Part shown: piece by piece, positions 1-7,984 of the stretch
Layout of the letters: each line of letters starts with the position of its first letter
Numbering within the stretch: position 1 is the first letter of the stretch
Source of the DNA: Armatimonadota bacterium
GTDB taxonomy: Bacteria; Armatimonadota; SYMT01
Assembly: GCA_046292385.1 (NCBI GenBank)
Contig: JBKBRF010000067.1
Coordinates: 1-30,194, forward strand
Length of the DNA: 30,194 nt
Direction: 5' to 3'
The notes under the pieces: generated by a model
The model's database searches: none
The model's input: the letters and a program-made list of their open reading frames with translations, nothing else
What the model was told of the DNA's origin: nothing
Program-made: the position numbers and the translations under genes

Positions 1-71
1 CGCGGTAATCTCTTTCATGGCGGTGTTTCCTTCCTTTGCCGAGTTGGCCCTCGGCTGCTTCTAGTCTCTAG
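1..71. repeat. Inverted repeat copy A (truncated by window edge); partner at 3780-3850
   Basis: 1-71 matches the reverse complement of 3780-3850 at 66/71 positions. On the minus strand it reads hairpin GCCGAG-N6-CTCGGC, GAAGGA RBS, then ATG AAA GAG ATT ACC GCG (MKEITA) running off the window. Confidence 0.9.
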
Positions 72-122
72 AAGGAAGGTTCACCGCCTTCACCGTTTAC
101 ACACCTTCTGATGGTAGCTCCT

Positions 123-143
123 CCTTCATCCTTCATCCTTCAT
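123..143. repeat. Heptamer tandem repeat (CCTTCAT)x3
   Basis: Read directly: ccttcat ccttcat ccttcat, intergenic. Confidence 0.85.
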
Positions 144-201
144 CCGGGACAGGGAATTCCGCCTTCCGCGCGGAACGCTCTCCCGTAGGAGGTGTGGCTG
201 T

Positions 202-1263
202 ATGAACAAGGCACGGATCGCCTGCGGCGTGGCGGGAGCCGCGCTGGCGAGCGCGGTGCTCCTCGCCGTTCCGAACGGGGCGGGGGCCGCGGCGGCGCGG
301 GCGTTGGAGATCTATTTCGTCGACGTAGAGGGCGGCGCGGCGACGCTGATGGTGACGCCAGCTGGGGAGTCGATCCTGGTCGACGCGGGCTGGCCGCGGG
401 AAGATGAGCGGGACGCGAAGCGGATCGAGGAGGCGGCTCGCTATGCGGCCGGGCTCTCGCAGATCGACCACTTCGTGTGCACCCACTGGCACCTGGACCA
501 CTACGGCGCCATCGAGGCGCTCGCGAAGCGGATGCCGGTGCGCAATTTCTGGGACCGGGGCATGCCGCCGAAGCTGGATGAGGACGCGCGGAATTTCCCC
601 ACGCTGACGGCCGCCTACAAGCGCGCCGGCGGCGACAAGGCGCGTACGCTGAAGGCCGGCGACACGATCCCGCTGCGCCAGTCGGGAGCGCCGCTGGAGC
701 TGAAGGTGGTGGCCGCCTCCGGGAAGGTGATCGGTGAAGGTAAGAAGGAGTTCCCGATCTCCTGCGAGCGGCACCCGGAGAAACCGGTCGACACCTCCGA
801 TAACGCGCAGAGCATCTCGCTGCTGCTCAAGGCGGGCAAGTTCGACTTCCTGAACTGCGGCGACCTCACCTGGAACGTGGAGCACAAGCTGGTCTGCCCA
901 AAGAACCGGGTGGGCGAGGTCGACCTCTTCCAGGTGACCCATCACGGCATGGACATCTCGAACAACCCGGCCGTGTTGGAGGCGATTCAGCCGCGGTGCG
1001 CGGTGATCACCAACGGTCCGCGCAAAGGAGGAAGTGCCGCGACCTACCAGCGGCTGAAGTCGACTCCGTCGGTGCAGGGCATCTTCCAGCTCCACCGCAA
1101 CGTGGCGACGCGGCCCGAGGACAACACCCGACCGGAGCACATCGCCAACCTGGAGGAGCAGTGCTCCGGAGAGTACCTCCGCGTGCGCCTGAACGACGGC
1201 CTGACGGAATACACCGTCTCAAAGGGAACCGGCGCCCCGCTGCAGACCTTCAAAGTCCGCTAG
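202..1263 (+). CDS. Secreted metallo-beta-lactamase-fold hydrolase (ComEC/Rec2-like)
   Basis: Signal peptide; FVDVEGGAATL, LVDAG, THWHLDH (HxHxDH), CGDL and VTHHG motifs; GGAGG RBS upstream. Confidence 0.85.
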   Translation: MNKARIACGVAGAALASAVLLAVPNGAGAAAARALEIYFVDVEGGAATLMVTPAGESILVDAGWPREDERDAKRIEEAARYAAGLSQIDHFVCTHWHLDHYGAIEALAKRMPVRNFWDRGMPPKLDEDARNFPTLTAAYKRAGGDKARTLKAGDTIPLRQSGAPLELKVVAASGKVIGEGKKEFPISCERHPEKPVDTSDNAQSISLLLKAGKFDFLNCGDLTWNVEHKLVCPKNRVGEVDLFQVTHHGMDISNNPAVLEAIQPRCAVITNGPRKGGSAATYQRLKSTPSVQGIFQLHRNVATRPEDNTRPEHIANLEEQCSGEYLRVRLNDGLTEYTVSKGTGAPLQTFKVR

Positions 1264-1276
1264 CCCGTCCGAACCA

Positions 1277-1464
1277 GTGTAAGAAGGGAGATGAGGGAGA
1301 TAAAGGGGGATATGGGGATGTCTTAAGGGCAGAAGGATGAGGACGGAGTGCGGAATTCAAACTTCTCGTACGAGGCGCGCGGTCCTCTGAACTGTGTCTT
1401 CTTCACTCCGGCCTGAGTTTATCCCCCTATCCCCAACTCATCTCCCCATCCCCTTTTCTTACAC
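1277..1464. repeat. Long imperfect palindromic element (REP/MITE-like) between convergent genes
   Basis: Purine-rich left arm GTGTAAGAAGGGAGATG...GGGGAT (1277-1319) is loosely complementary to pyrimidine-rich right arm ATCCCC...TTCTTACAC (1421-1464); the 9-bp ends pair perfectly. Confidence 0.7.
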
Positions 1465-1475
1465 CTGAAACGACT

Positions 1476-2453
1476 CTACGGGCCGACGGAGTTGAGCATC
1501 CGCTGCAGCTCGCCGCGATCTGCGGAGGCGGGGGCTACCAGGGCGAGGCTCACCTGGCCGCGGGTTTCCGCGAGCACCTGCAGGCGCGCTCCCTCCGGTG
1601 GGGCGGGGGGGCGCTCGCCCATCGGGAGGGGCGGGCCCTGGAAAAGGGTGATGGTGTTCCGCTCGCCGCTGCCTTCCCACACGCTCACGAGGACCTTTCT
1701 CCCGCGGAACTCGTGGAGATAGAAGCTGCGGAAGCGGTAGCCGGAGGGGACGTGCTTCGGCTCGTGCAGGCCGCCCCACGCGCGGGCCAGCTCCCTGGCC
1801 TCGGCGGCCGGCACCGGGCGGCCGCGCCCGCGGTGCACGAAGCGCGCGGAGGCGGGCGGCTGGTAGCGGAGCTGCTGCGGACGGGGCTCGCCATCCAGGT
1901 TCAGGTGGTGGAAATAGGTGCTGACCTTGCTCCCGTCTCGCTCCGTCTCGTCCAGCCGGAGCTGCAGGTAGGTCGCCTTGTCGATCCAGATCTTGCGCGT
2001 GCCGCCGCGCCCGCCTTTAAGCTCCAGCACCCAGGCGGAGCGCCCGGCCACGGTGTCGCTGCCCACGAGCTCCGGGTTGATGCGTCCGGTGCGGACCAGC
2101 CGCTTCATGAACTCCACGTGGCGGGAGTCGAGGCGGGAGGGGCGTCGCTCCACCTCGTTCGGCTTAGGCAGGTAGAGAAGCTGCGTCTTGCCGTCGTCGA
2201 ACACCACCTGGCCGTCGCTGTAGTCGACGCGCAGGATGCTCCCCTTGCGGTAGACCCGCTGGAACATCTTGCGTCGCTCCTTCGGGCGCTTCCCTTCGGT
2301 CTTGGAGACCTGCAAACCCACGTAGGTGGTGTCGAGCGGCTCCAGGCTCTTCAGGAAGATCTCGCGGGCGTCCTCCGCAAAAGCCGGCGTGGCGCCCAGG
2401 GCGAGCACGGCGGCGAGGAAGAGGCGAGAGCACGCAGGGGTGCGGCGGTACAT
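1476..2453 (-). CDS. Periplasmic LolA-fold protein, MucB/RseB-like sigmaE regulator
   Basis: Signal peptide (AFA-E); VAGRSAWVLEL and RKIWIDKATYLQLR are typical of LolA/RseB-like proteins; third gene of the ECF-anti-sigma operon. Confidence 0.7.
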   Translation of the reverse strand: MYRRTPACSRLFLAAVLALGATPAFAEDAREIFLKSLEPLDTTYVGLQVSKTEGKRPKERRKMFQRVYRKGSILRVDYSDGQVVFDDGKTQLLYLPKPNEVERRPSRLDSRHVEFMKRLVRTGRINPELVGSDTVAGRSAWVLELKGGRGGTRKIWIDKATYLQLRLDETERDGSKVSTYFHHLNLDGEPRPQQLRYQPPASARFVHRGRGRPVPAAEARELARAWGGLHEPKHVPSGYRFRSFYLHEFRGRKVLVSVWEGSGERNTITLFQGPPLPMGERPPAPPEGARLQVLAETRGQVSLALVAPASADRGELQRMLNSVGP

Positions 2454-2466
2454 CGGGCAGGCAGCC

Positions 2467-2991
2467 TTAGTTGGCGCCGGCCTGGTAGCTCACCAGGTCG
2501 ATGCCCGTGTTCAGATCGATGCTTACGTCGGTGGCGTCCCACTCCACCGGCGGCCGAGCGTTCTCGATCTGGAGATGACGCTCCATGGCGGACGCCAGGA
2601 ACTGGCGCTCCGACGGCGCCGGTGCCCGCTCTTCGCCCAGGTGCGGCAGCAGGAACGCCCCCAGGACCCCGGCGGCCACCGCGGCGGCGGTCATCATCGC
2701 CGGAGCGCGCAGGCGCCAGTCGAACTGCAGCCGGAAGCGCTGCCACCAGGCGACCGGCGCGGGGGCGGGCGTCGTCTCCCGGATGGCCGCCATGAGCCGC
2801 TCGTCGAACGAGTCGCTCAAGGTGCGTTGCGGCAGGCCGCGCAGGAGGCTGACAAGCTGTCGGGCGTCCGCCAGGGCGCGATCGCAGCCGGAGCACTCGG
2901 AGACGTGCTGCTCCACCAGCGCTCGCTCGGAGGGCGAGAGCGTGCCGTCCACATATTTCTGGATCAGTCGCTCAATTCTTCCGCACTTCAT
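2467..2991 (-). CDS. Anti-sigma factor with zf-HC2 (ZAS) domain and one TM helix
   Basis: MKCGRIERLIQKYVDG...HVSECSGC (Hx3Cx2C); TM AAAAVAAGVLGAFLL. Start 2991 overlaps the sigma stop (TAATG); the ORF-track start 3288 is too far upstream. Confidence 0.85.
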   Translation of the reverse strand: MKCGRIERLIQKYVDGTLSPSERALVEQHVSECSGCDRALADARQLVSLLRGLPQRTLSDSFDERLMAAIRETTPAPAPVAWWQRFRLQFDWRLRAPAMMTAAAVAAGVLGAFLLPHLGEERAPAPSERQFLASAMERHLQIENARPPVEWDATDVSIDLNTGIDLVSYQAGAN

Positions 2992-3566
2992 TACTTCATC
3001 TCCATAAAGTGCTGGAGCTTGCGTCGCAGCAGCGCTCGGGCGTTGAAGAGTCTCGACTTCACCGTCCCGACAGGACAACCAAGGGTTTCTGCCACTTCCT
3101 CGTAGGAGAGTCCTTCCATGTCGTGCAGAACCACCACGGCCCGCAGCTTGGGCGGCAGGGAGTGGATCGATCTCTGCACCTGGCTCTGCAGCTCGCCGAG
3201 CTGCGTCCGCGCCTGCGGATCTCCCTCGCGGCTCGTGGCGGGCAGCTCGCGGACCTTTTCCTCGGTCTCGCCTTCTACCGGCACCCACTGCGGCGCGCGG
3301 CGCTCTCGCCGGAAGCGGTCGATCACCAGATTCGTGGCAATCCGGTACAGCCAGGTATCCACGGCCGCGTCGTGACGGAACGCCCGCATCGACTGGTAGG
3401 CGCGGATGAAGACCTCTTGCGTGAGATCCTCCGCGTCCGGACTGTCGTTGGTCAGCCGGCAGATATAGCTGTAGATCCGGTTCTTGTGCTCCTGAACCAG
3501 ACCATCGAAGCTACGCTGCACGCCGACTGACACGCTGTTGATTGCCACGGCAGAGACGCCCGCCAT
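2991..3566 (-). CDS. ECF sigma factor (RpoE/SigW-like)
   Basis: DAEDLTQEVFIRAY, TWLYRIATN (region 2) and LSYEEVAETLGCPVGTVKSRLFNAR (region 4). Confidence 0.92.
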   Translation of the reverse strand: MAGVSAVAINSVSVGVQRSFDGLVQEHKNRIYSYICRLTNDSPDAEDLTQEVFIRAYQSMRAFRHDAAVDTWLYRIATNLVIDRFRRERRAPQWVPVEGETEEKVRELPATSREGDPQARTQLGELQSQVQRSIHSLPPKLRAVVVLHDMEGLSYEEVAETLGCPVGTVKSRLFNARALLRRKLQHFMEMK

Positions 3567-3601
3567 CTGCGCTCCCCTGCGAAATCGCTGCTTCCGAGCA
3601 C

Positions 3602-3629
3602 TCAGACGCAGGCGCGGGGGTAGGGTTCA
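3602..3629 (-). promoter_or_regulatory. Probable autoregulatory sigmaE/AlgU-type promoter
   Basis: Minus strand TGAACCC-N16-TCTGA, close to the AlgU consensus GAACTT-N16/17-TCTGA, about 35 nt upstream of the ECF start. Confidence 0.65.
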
Positions 3630-3717
3630 GTCTAGTTTCGGCGGGAGAATTCCTTCCTGCTACCCCGACACGCCGGGTCAGGAGGGGCCGGTGCTGCCGG
3701 GGGCGGGGAAGAAGCGG

Positions 3718-3743
3718 CAGGGCGACTGGACCAGAAGCTGCGG
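3718..3743 (-). other. Degenerate direct copy of the tRNA-Trp 3' end (possible relic att site)
   Basis: cagggcgactggaccagaagctgcgg versus caggggcgacaggactcgaacctgcgg (16692-16718): 22/27 columns match, with one gap. Confidence 0.4.
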
Positions 3744-3779
3744 AGCGCCTTCACGCCCGCTCCTGACGGAGCGCGCTAG

Positions 3780-3850
3780 CTAGAGACTAGAAGCAGCCGA
3801 GCGCCAACTCGGCGAGCGAAGGAAACACCGGCATGAAAGAGATTACCGCG
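3780..3850 (+). repeat. Inverted repeat copy B (leader hairpin + RBS + MKEITA start)
   Basis: Reverse complement of 1-71 with 5 mismatches; begins CTAGAGACTAG. Confidence 0.9.
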
Positions 3851-3953
3851 CGTGCCACCTCGCCGTCCCAAAGAACCACCGCATCGCGCCTCTTGCCGGT
3901 CGGTTTCCAGGCGGTCCGGAAACCGCAGCGACATCGCTCCAACTCCTCCGCGC

Positions 3954-3979
3954 GAATCCTTTCAACTGCTGCCCGTATC
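3954..3979 (+). promoter_or_regulatory. ECF-type promoter motif copy 1 (GAATCC-N14-CGTATC)
   Basis: gaatcc tttcaactgctgcc cgtatc, 56 nt upstream of the rhodanese start. Confidence 0.8.
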
Positions 3980-4035
3980 CGTCCTGATGTCCGGCGAAAA
4001 CAGGCCGGAGCGGGGGACGGAAACGGAGAGAAGCG

Positions 4036-4578
4036 ATGAGCGCGGTAAAGACCTGCTCGGTGCAGGAGTTGAAGGGACGGCTGGAGCGCGGCTCCAGCAC
4101 CGTAGTCGACGTTCGGGTGTATCCGGAGTACGCGGAAGCGCACCTGCCCGGAAGCCGGCTGGTGCCGCTGGATGAGCTGAAGCGCCACCCCGAGCTGGCC
4201 GGAGACGGAGAGATCCTGCTCCTCTGCCGCAGCGGGCGCCGGGCCGGGGAGGCCGGGGCGCTGCTGGCGAGCCGGCCCGGCGTGCAGCCGGTGGTGGTCG
4301 AAGGCGGCATCGACGCGTGGAAGCGGGCCGGCTTCCCCACACGCCAGGAGCGGGGACCGATCTCCCTGGAGCGGCAGGTCCGCATCGCCGCCGGGACGCT
4401 GGTCCTGACGGGCCTGCTGCTGGACAGCTTTCTTCCGGGTGCCCGGTTCCTCAGCTACTTCGTGGCGGCGGGACTGGTGTTCGCGGGAGTGACGGACACC
4501 TGCGCGATGGGGATGCTCCTCGCGAGGCTGCCCTGGAACCGCCCCCGGACCGGCGCTGCCTGCCCGGCCGGGCGCTAG
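4036..4578 (+). CDS. Rhodanese domain + DUF2892 membrane protein (YgaP-like sulfurtransferase)
   Basis: VDVRVYPEY..HLPGS, active-site loop CRSGRR, then ISLERQVRIAAG...FAGVTDTCAMGMLLARLPWN. Confidence 0.88.
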   Translation: MSAVKTCSVQELKGRLERGSSTVVDVRVYPEYAEAHLPGSRLVPLDELKRHPELAGDGEILLLCRSGRRAGEAGALLASRPGVQPVVVEGGIDAWKRAGFPTRQERGPISLERQVRIAAGTLVLTGLLLDSFLPGARFLSYFVAAGLVFAGVTDTCAMGMLLARLPWNRPRTGAACPAGR

Positions 4579-4587
4579 GAGACCGCC

Positions 4588-5364
4588 ATGTGGACCGCGG
4601 GAGTGATCGTCGCCCTGGTCCTCAGCGCCGCCATCGGGCTGTCGCTAGGCCTGGTCGGCGGCGGCGGCTCCATCATCACGGTGCCCATCCTGGTCTACGT
4701 GGCGGGTCTGCCGGTGCCGCGGGCGGTAGCGCTCTCGCTGGCGATCGTGGGCGCGACTTCGGCGGTCGGAGCCGTACTTCAGGCGCGGGAAGGGCAGGTG
4801 CATCTCAAGGCGGCGGCGGTCTTCGCGGTGACCGGGATGGTGGGGGCGCTCGGCGGAGCCAGGCTGACGCCGCTGGTGCCGGCCCCGTTGTTGATGGGGC
4901 TCTTTGCCCTGCTGATGATCGCCGTGGGGCTCCGCATGGTCCGAGGCCAGGACGAGGCGGAGATGCCCGCGCGCGCTGAGTGCCGCCTCTGGAAGTGCGG
5001 GCTCGCCGGCCTCGGCCTGGGAGTGCTGACCGGGTTCCTCGGCGTCGGCGGAGGGTTCCTGATCGTTCCCGCGCTGCTCCGGTTCGCGAAGCTTTCCATG
5101 CGCCAGGCGGTGGCCACGTCACTGCTCATCATCGCGGCCAACAGCGCGTCCGGCTTCCTGGTCCACCTGGGTGAGCTCCAGGGCACGCTCGCGCTGGGGG
5201 CAGCGTTCATCGCGGTGGCGATCGCCGGAATGTTGGGGGGGCTCGCCCTGGCGCGGCGGACGCGCCCCGCCGGACTGAAGGTCGCGTTCGGCCGGCTGTC
5301 GCTGGCGGTCGCCGCCTTCCTGCTGGTGATGAACGCGGGACCGCTCTGGCGCTTGCTGACGTAA
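4588..5364 (+). CDS. Sulfite exporter TauE/SafE family protein
   Basis: Two GLVGGGGS / GFLGVGGG repeats, about 8 TM helices, AVATSL. Confidence 0.88.
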   Translation: MWTAGVIVALVLSAAIGLSLGLVGGGGSIITVPILVYVAGLPVPRAVALSLAIVGATSAVGAVLQAREGQVHLKAAAVFAVTGMVGALGGARLTPLVPAPLLMGLFALLMIAVGLRMVRGQDEAEMPARAECRLWKCGLAGLGLGVLTGFLGVGGGFLIVPALLRFAKLSMRQAVATSLLIIAANSASGFLVHLGELQGTLALGAAFIAVAIAGMLGGLALARRTRPAGLKVAFGRLSLAVAAFLLVMNAGPLWRLLT

Positions 5365-5374
5365 GCCCCGCGTC

Positions 5375-5400
5375 GAATCCTTTCGTCACTCAACCGTATC
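5375..5400 (+). promoter_or_regulatory. ECF-type promoter motif copy 2
   Basis: gaatcc tttcgtcactcaac cgtatc. Confidence 0.8.
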
Positions 5401-5479
5401 CATGAAACCGGGGCGAATGACACCCCCCGGAGCGCAGCCGCCACTGGGGGAATCTCACGCTCCTGGAGAGGAAGACAAG

Positions 5480-6889
5480 ATGTTCGTCGGGCGTTTCTTT
5501 GTGGAGGGACTGGCCCACGCCTCCTACCTGTTCGGGCGGGACGGCGAGGCAGCCGTCGTGGATCCCAAGCGGGACGTGGAGGACTACCTCGCGACCGCAG
5601 CCGGGCGGGGGGTGAAGATCGTGGCGATCTTCGAGACCCATCCGCATGCAGACTTCGTCTCCGGTCACCTGGAGCTGGCGGAGCGGACCGGAGCGCCGAT
5701 TTACGTCTCCGAGAGCTACCCGGCCCAGTTCCCTCATCAGGCACTGCGGCACGAGGAGCAGGTCACGATCGGCGGGATGCCGGTAACCGCCCTGCACACG
5801 CCGGGACATTCGCCGGACTCGATGTCGTTCTACGCGGAGGACGGAGAGGAGCGGGTCGTCTTCAGCGGCGATATCCTCTTCGTCGGCGACGTGGGGAGGC
5901 CGGACCTGCGGGATATGCACAGCGATCCGCGAGCGATGGCGGAGGCGCTCTACGACACCCTGCACCAGGTCTTCTGGAAGCTGCCGGAAGACACCGTGGT
6001 CTACCCGGCGCACGGAGCGGGCTCCCTGTGCGGGCGGCGGCTGGGCTCCGCGCCGAGCTCGACGATCGGCGCCGAGAAGCGGTGGAACTGGGTGAACCAG
6101 CTCCGAACCCGGGAAGCGTTCGTGGAGGCGATGCTGTCCAATCTGCCCGACCGGCCGATCTTCTTCCGCCGGAGCCCCTTCGCGAACCTGGCGGGAGCAC
6201 TTCCCCTGGCGGAAGTGCCGAAGCCGGAGCGGCTGGAGCCGCAGGCGCTGCGCGAACGGTATCCCGAGGCGCTGATCCTCGACACCCGCGGCGTGGAGGC
6301 CTACGGAGCGGGGCACCTGGCGGGCAGCCTGAACGTGGGGCTGCAGCTTCCGGTCTTCTCCACCTGGGTAGGGACCTTCGTCGAGCCGCACCAGCCGCTG
6401 GTGCTGGTGGTCGAAGAGCCGGAGGAGGCGGAGAAGGCCTGGCTGGAGCTGGCCCGGATCGGCTACGAACGGGCCGTCGCCTATCTCGTCGCCGACGCGG
6501 CGGCCTGGAGGGCGGCGGGCCTGGAAGTGCGGGAGACGCCGCAGCTGGAGGTGTGCTGCGTAGACCAGTGGCTGCAGGAAGGCAGGAAGCTGCTGGACGC
6601 CCGGACCCCCGGTGAGTGGAACGCGGGCGCGGTGAGCGGAGCGGCCTGGATCCCGCTCTCCAGGCTGCCGGAGCGCCTGGAGGAGGTGCCCGAGGGGCCA
6701 CTGGCAGTCATGTGCGGCAGCGGCTACCGCTCCTCCAGCGGAGCCAGCCTGCTGGAGCGGGCGGGGCGTGCGGACGTGGTGAACGTCCGGGGCGGCTGGT
6801 CCGCCTACAGCCAGCGGCAGTGCGCGGAGCCGGATAGCCGGGACCTGTTCTGTCAGGAGCTGTTCGACCGGATGCCGGTGGCGGCGTGA
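5480..6889 (+). CDS. MBL-fold persulfide dioxygenase fused to two rhodanese domains (CstB-like)
   Basis: LAHASY, ETHPHADFVSGH, HTPGHS, GDVGRPDL, PAHGAGSLCG; C-terminal rhodanese loop CGSGYRS. Start 5480 follows GGAGAGGA; the ATG at 5402 abuts the -10 motif and is unlikely to be used. Confidence 0.88.
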   Translation: MFVGRFFVEGLAHASYLFGRDGEAAVVDPKRDVEDYLATAAGRGVKIVAIFETHPHADFVSGHLELAERTGAPIYVSESYPAQFPHQALRHEEQVTIGGMPVTALHTPGHSPDSMSFYAEDGEERVVFSGDILFVGDVGRPDLRDMHSDPRAMAEALYDTLHQVFWKLPEDTVVYPAHGAGSLCGRRLGSAPSSTIGAEKRWNWVNQLRTREAFVEAMLSNLPDRPIFFRRSPFANLAGALPLAEVPKPERLEPQALRERYPEALILDTRGVEAYGAGHLAGSLNVGLQLPVFSTWVGTFVEPHQPLVLVVEEPEEAEKAWLELARIGYERAVAYLVADAAAWRAAGLEVRETPQLEVCCVDQWLQEGRKLLDARTPGEWNAGAVSGAAWIPLSRLPERLEEVPEGPLAVMCGSGYRSSSGASLLERAGRADVVNVRGGWSAYSQRQCAEPDSRDLFCQELFDRMPVAA

Positions 6890-6928
6890 CCGCCGCCGCG
6901 ACACCACCGGAGCAAGAGAGCCTGAAGC

Positions 6929-6965
6929 GCCGGGCCTCGCCACCGTGCGACGCCCGGCTTTCTTC
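6929..6965 (+). terminator. Intrinsic terminator
   Basis: GCCGGGC...GCCCGGC stem followed by TTTCTTC. Confidence 0.6.
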
Positions 6966-7003
6966 GTAGCTGTCCTCCGCCGAGCCTCGCTGCTCGGGAG
7001 TCT

Positions 7004-7029
7004 GAATCCATTCGGCCTGGTGCCGTATC
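7004..7029 (+). promoter_or_regulatory. ECF-type promoter motif copy 3
   Basis: gaatcc attcggcctggtgc cgtatc. Confidence 0.8.
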
Positions 7030-7089
7030 GATCCGGATAGGGCGAGGCCTGCAGCGGGCAGGCGCTGATCGCCCGAAAGGCAGGGAGTT

Positions 7090-7827
7090 GTGACACGTCA
7101 CAGGATGATCGGACCGAGCCTCGCCCTGGCTGTTCTCGCTCTCGCGGCGAGCCCCGGGGCGGCGGCACCCATGGCACACGGCGGAGCCGCCTGTCCCATG
7201 CGCGGGATGCCCTCGGGCGCTATGCAGGCAGGCATGGGCCAGCCCGGGATGATGCGTCGAGGCATGGGCATGATGCCGGGAATGCGGAGGCAGCAGATGC
7301 GGCTCCGCGGGATGCAGCCCGGCGGCATGGGTGGGATGCAGCACCGGATGATGGGCCACGGGATGATGGGCGGTAGTCACGCCAGGGGCGGGATGCAGCC
7401 CGGCATGAGCGGCAACATGGCCGACATGCAGCAGATCCACACGCTCCTCGCAAACCACGACGCCATCCAGCGGACGGTGCGGCTTCTTCCGAACGGGGTT
7501 GAAACCGTCACCACGTCACCCGATCCGCGGCTTGCCGCGCTGCTGCCACAGCACGTGGAGGCGATGTACGCCCGCCTGAAGGAGGGCCGGCTGATCCGCG
7601 GCTTCGACCCGCTGTTCGTGGAGCTGTTCCGGCACGCAGGGAAGATCGATCTGAAGCTGGAGAAGGTGCCGTCGGGGGTGCGGGTGGTCGAGACCTCGAC
7701 GGACCCCTACGCCGTCCGGCTCATCCAGGCTCACGCCCAGGCGGTCGACGGCTTCGTGCAGGACGGCATGGGCGCGATGCACCGCACCCATCCGGTACCG
7801 GCGCCACCCGCTTCCGAGCACCATTAA
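7090..7827 (+). CDS. Exported Met/Gly-rich protein with a globular His-containing C-terminal domain, function unknown
   Basis: Signal peptide, CPM motif, ~80-aa M/G-rich tract, then DMQQIHTLLANHDAIQRTVRLLPNGVETVTTS...IQAHAQAV. Start is 7090 (GTG) or 7105 (ATG). Confidence 0.7.
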   Translation: MTRHRMIGPSLALAVLALAASPGAAAPMAHGGAACPMRGMPSGAMQAGMGQPGMMRRGMGMMPGMRRQQMRLRGMQPGGMGGMQHRMMGHGMMGGSHARGGMQPGMSGNMADMQQIHTLLANHDAIQRTVRLLPNGVETVTTSPDPRLAALLPQHVEAMYARLKEGRLIRGFDPLFVELFRHAGKIDLKLEKVPSGVRVVETSTDPYAVRLIQAHAQAVDGFVQDGMGAMHRTHPVPAPPASEHH

Positions 7828-7857
7828 CGCTCGCTGGAGGGTACTGGGGCGAGAGGG

Positions 7858-7889
7858 AAGCCGGAGATCCGCTTCGGGCTCCGGCTTTC
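7858..7889 (+). terminator. Hairpin, probable terminator
   Basis: AAGCCGGAG...CTCCGGCTT followed by TC; short U tract. Confidence 0.5.
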
Positions 7890-7984
7890 GGTCGCTCTCC
7901 CAATTCCTTTCCAGCGTGACTTCGTCCATCAGACCCTACCACGCCGACCTGAGGCCGCCTCGACCCAAGGAGGGATCTGCCCGC

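Noticed and set aside
5402..5479. N-terminal extension of the MBL-rhodanese protein
   Set aside because: The ATG lies 2 nt after the -10 motif; family-like sequence and an RBS start at 5480.
6887..6889. Sec read-through at other UGA stops (6889, 9583, 10087, 10855)
   Set aside because: The proteins are already complete at these stops, and there is no downstream Cys motif with a suitably placed SECIS-like stem.
5390..7177. Long antisense ORFs (for example 5390-7177, 8312-9430, 10873-12390, 19196-20995, 21753-23021)
   Set aside because: These are shadow frames of well-supported genes in high-GC DNA and carry no recognisable motifs.
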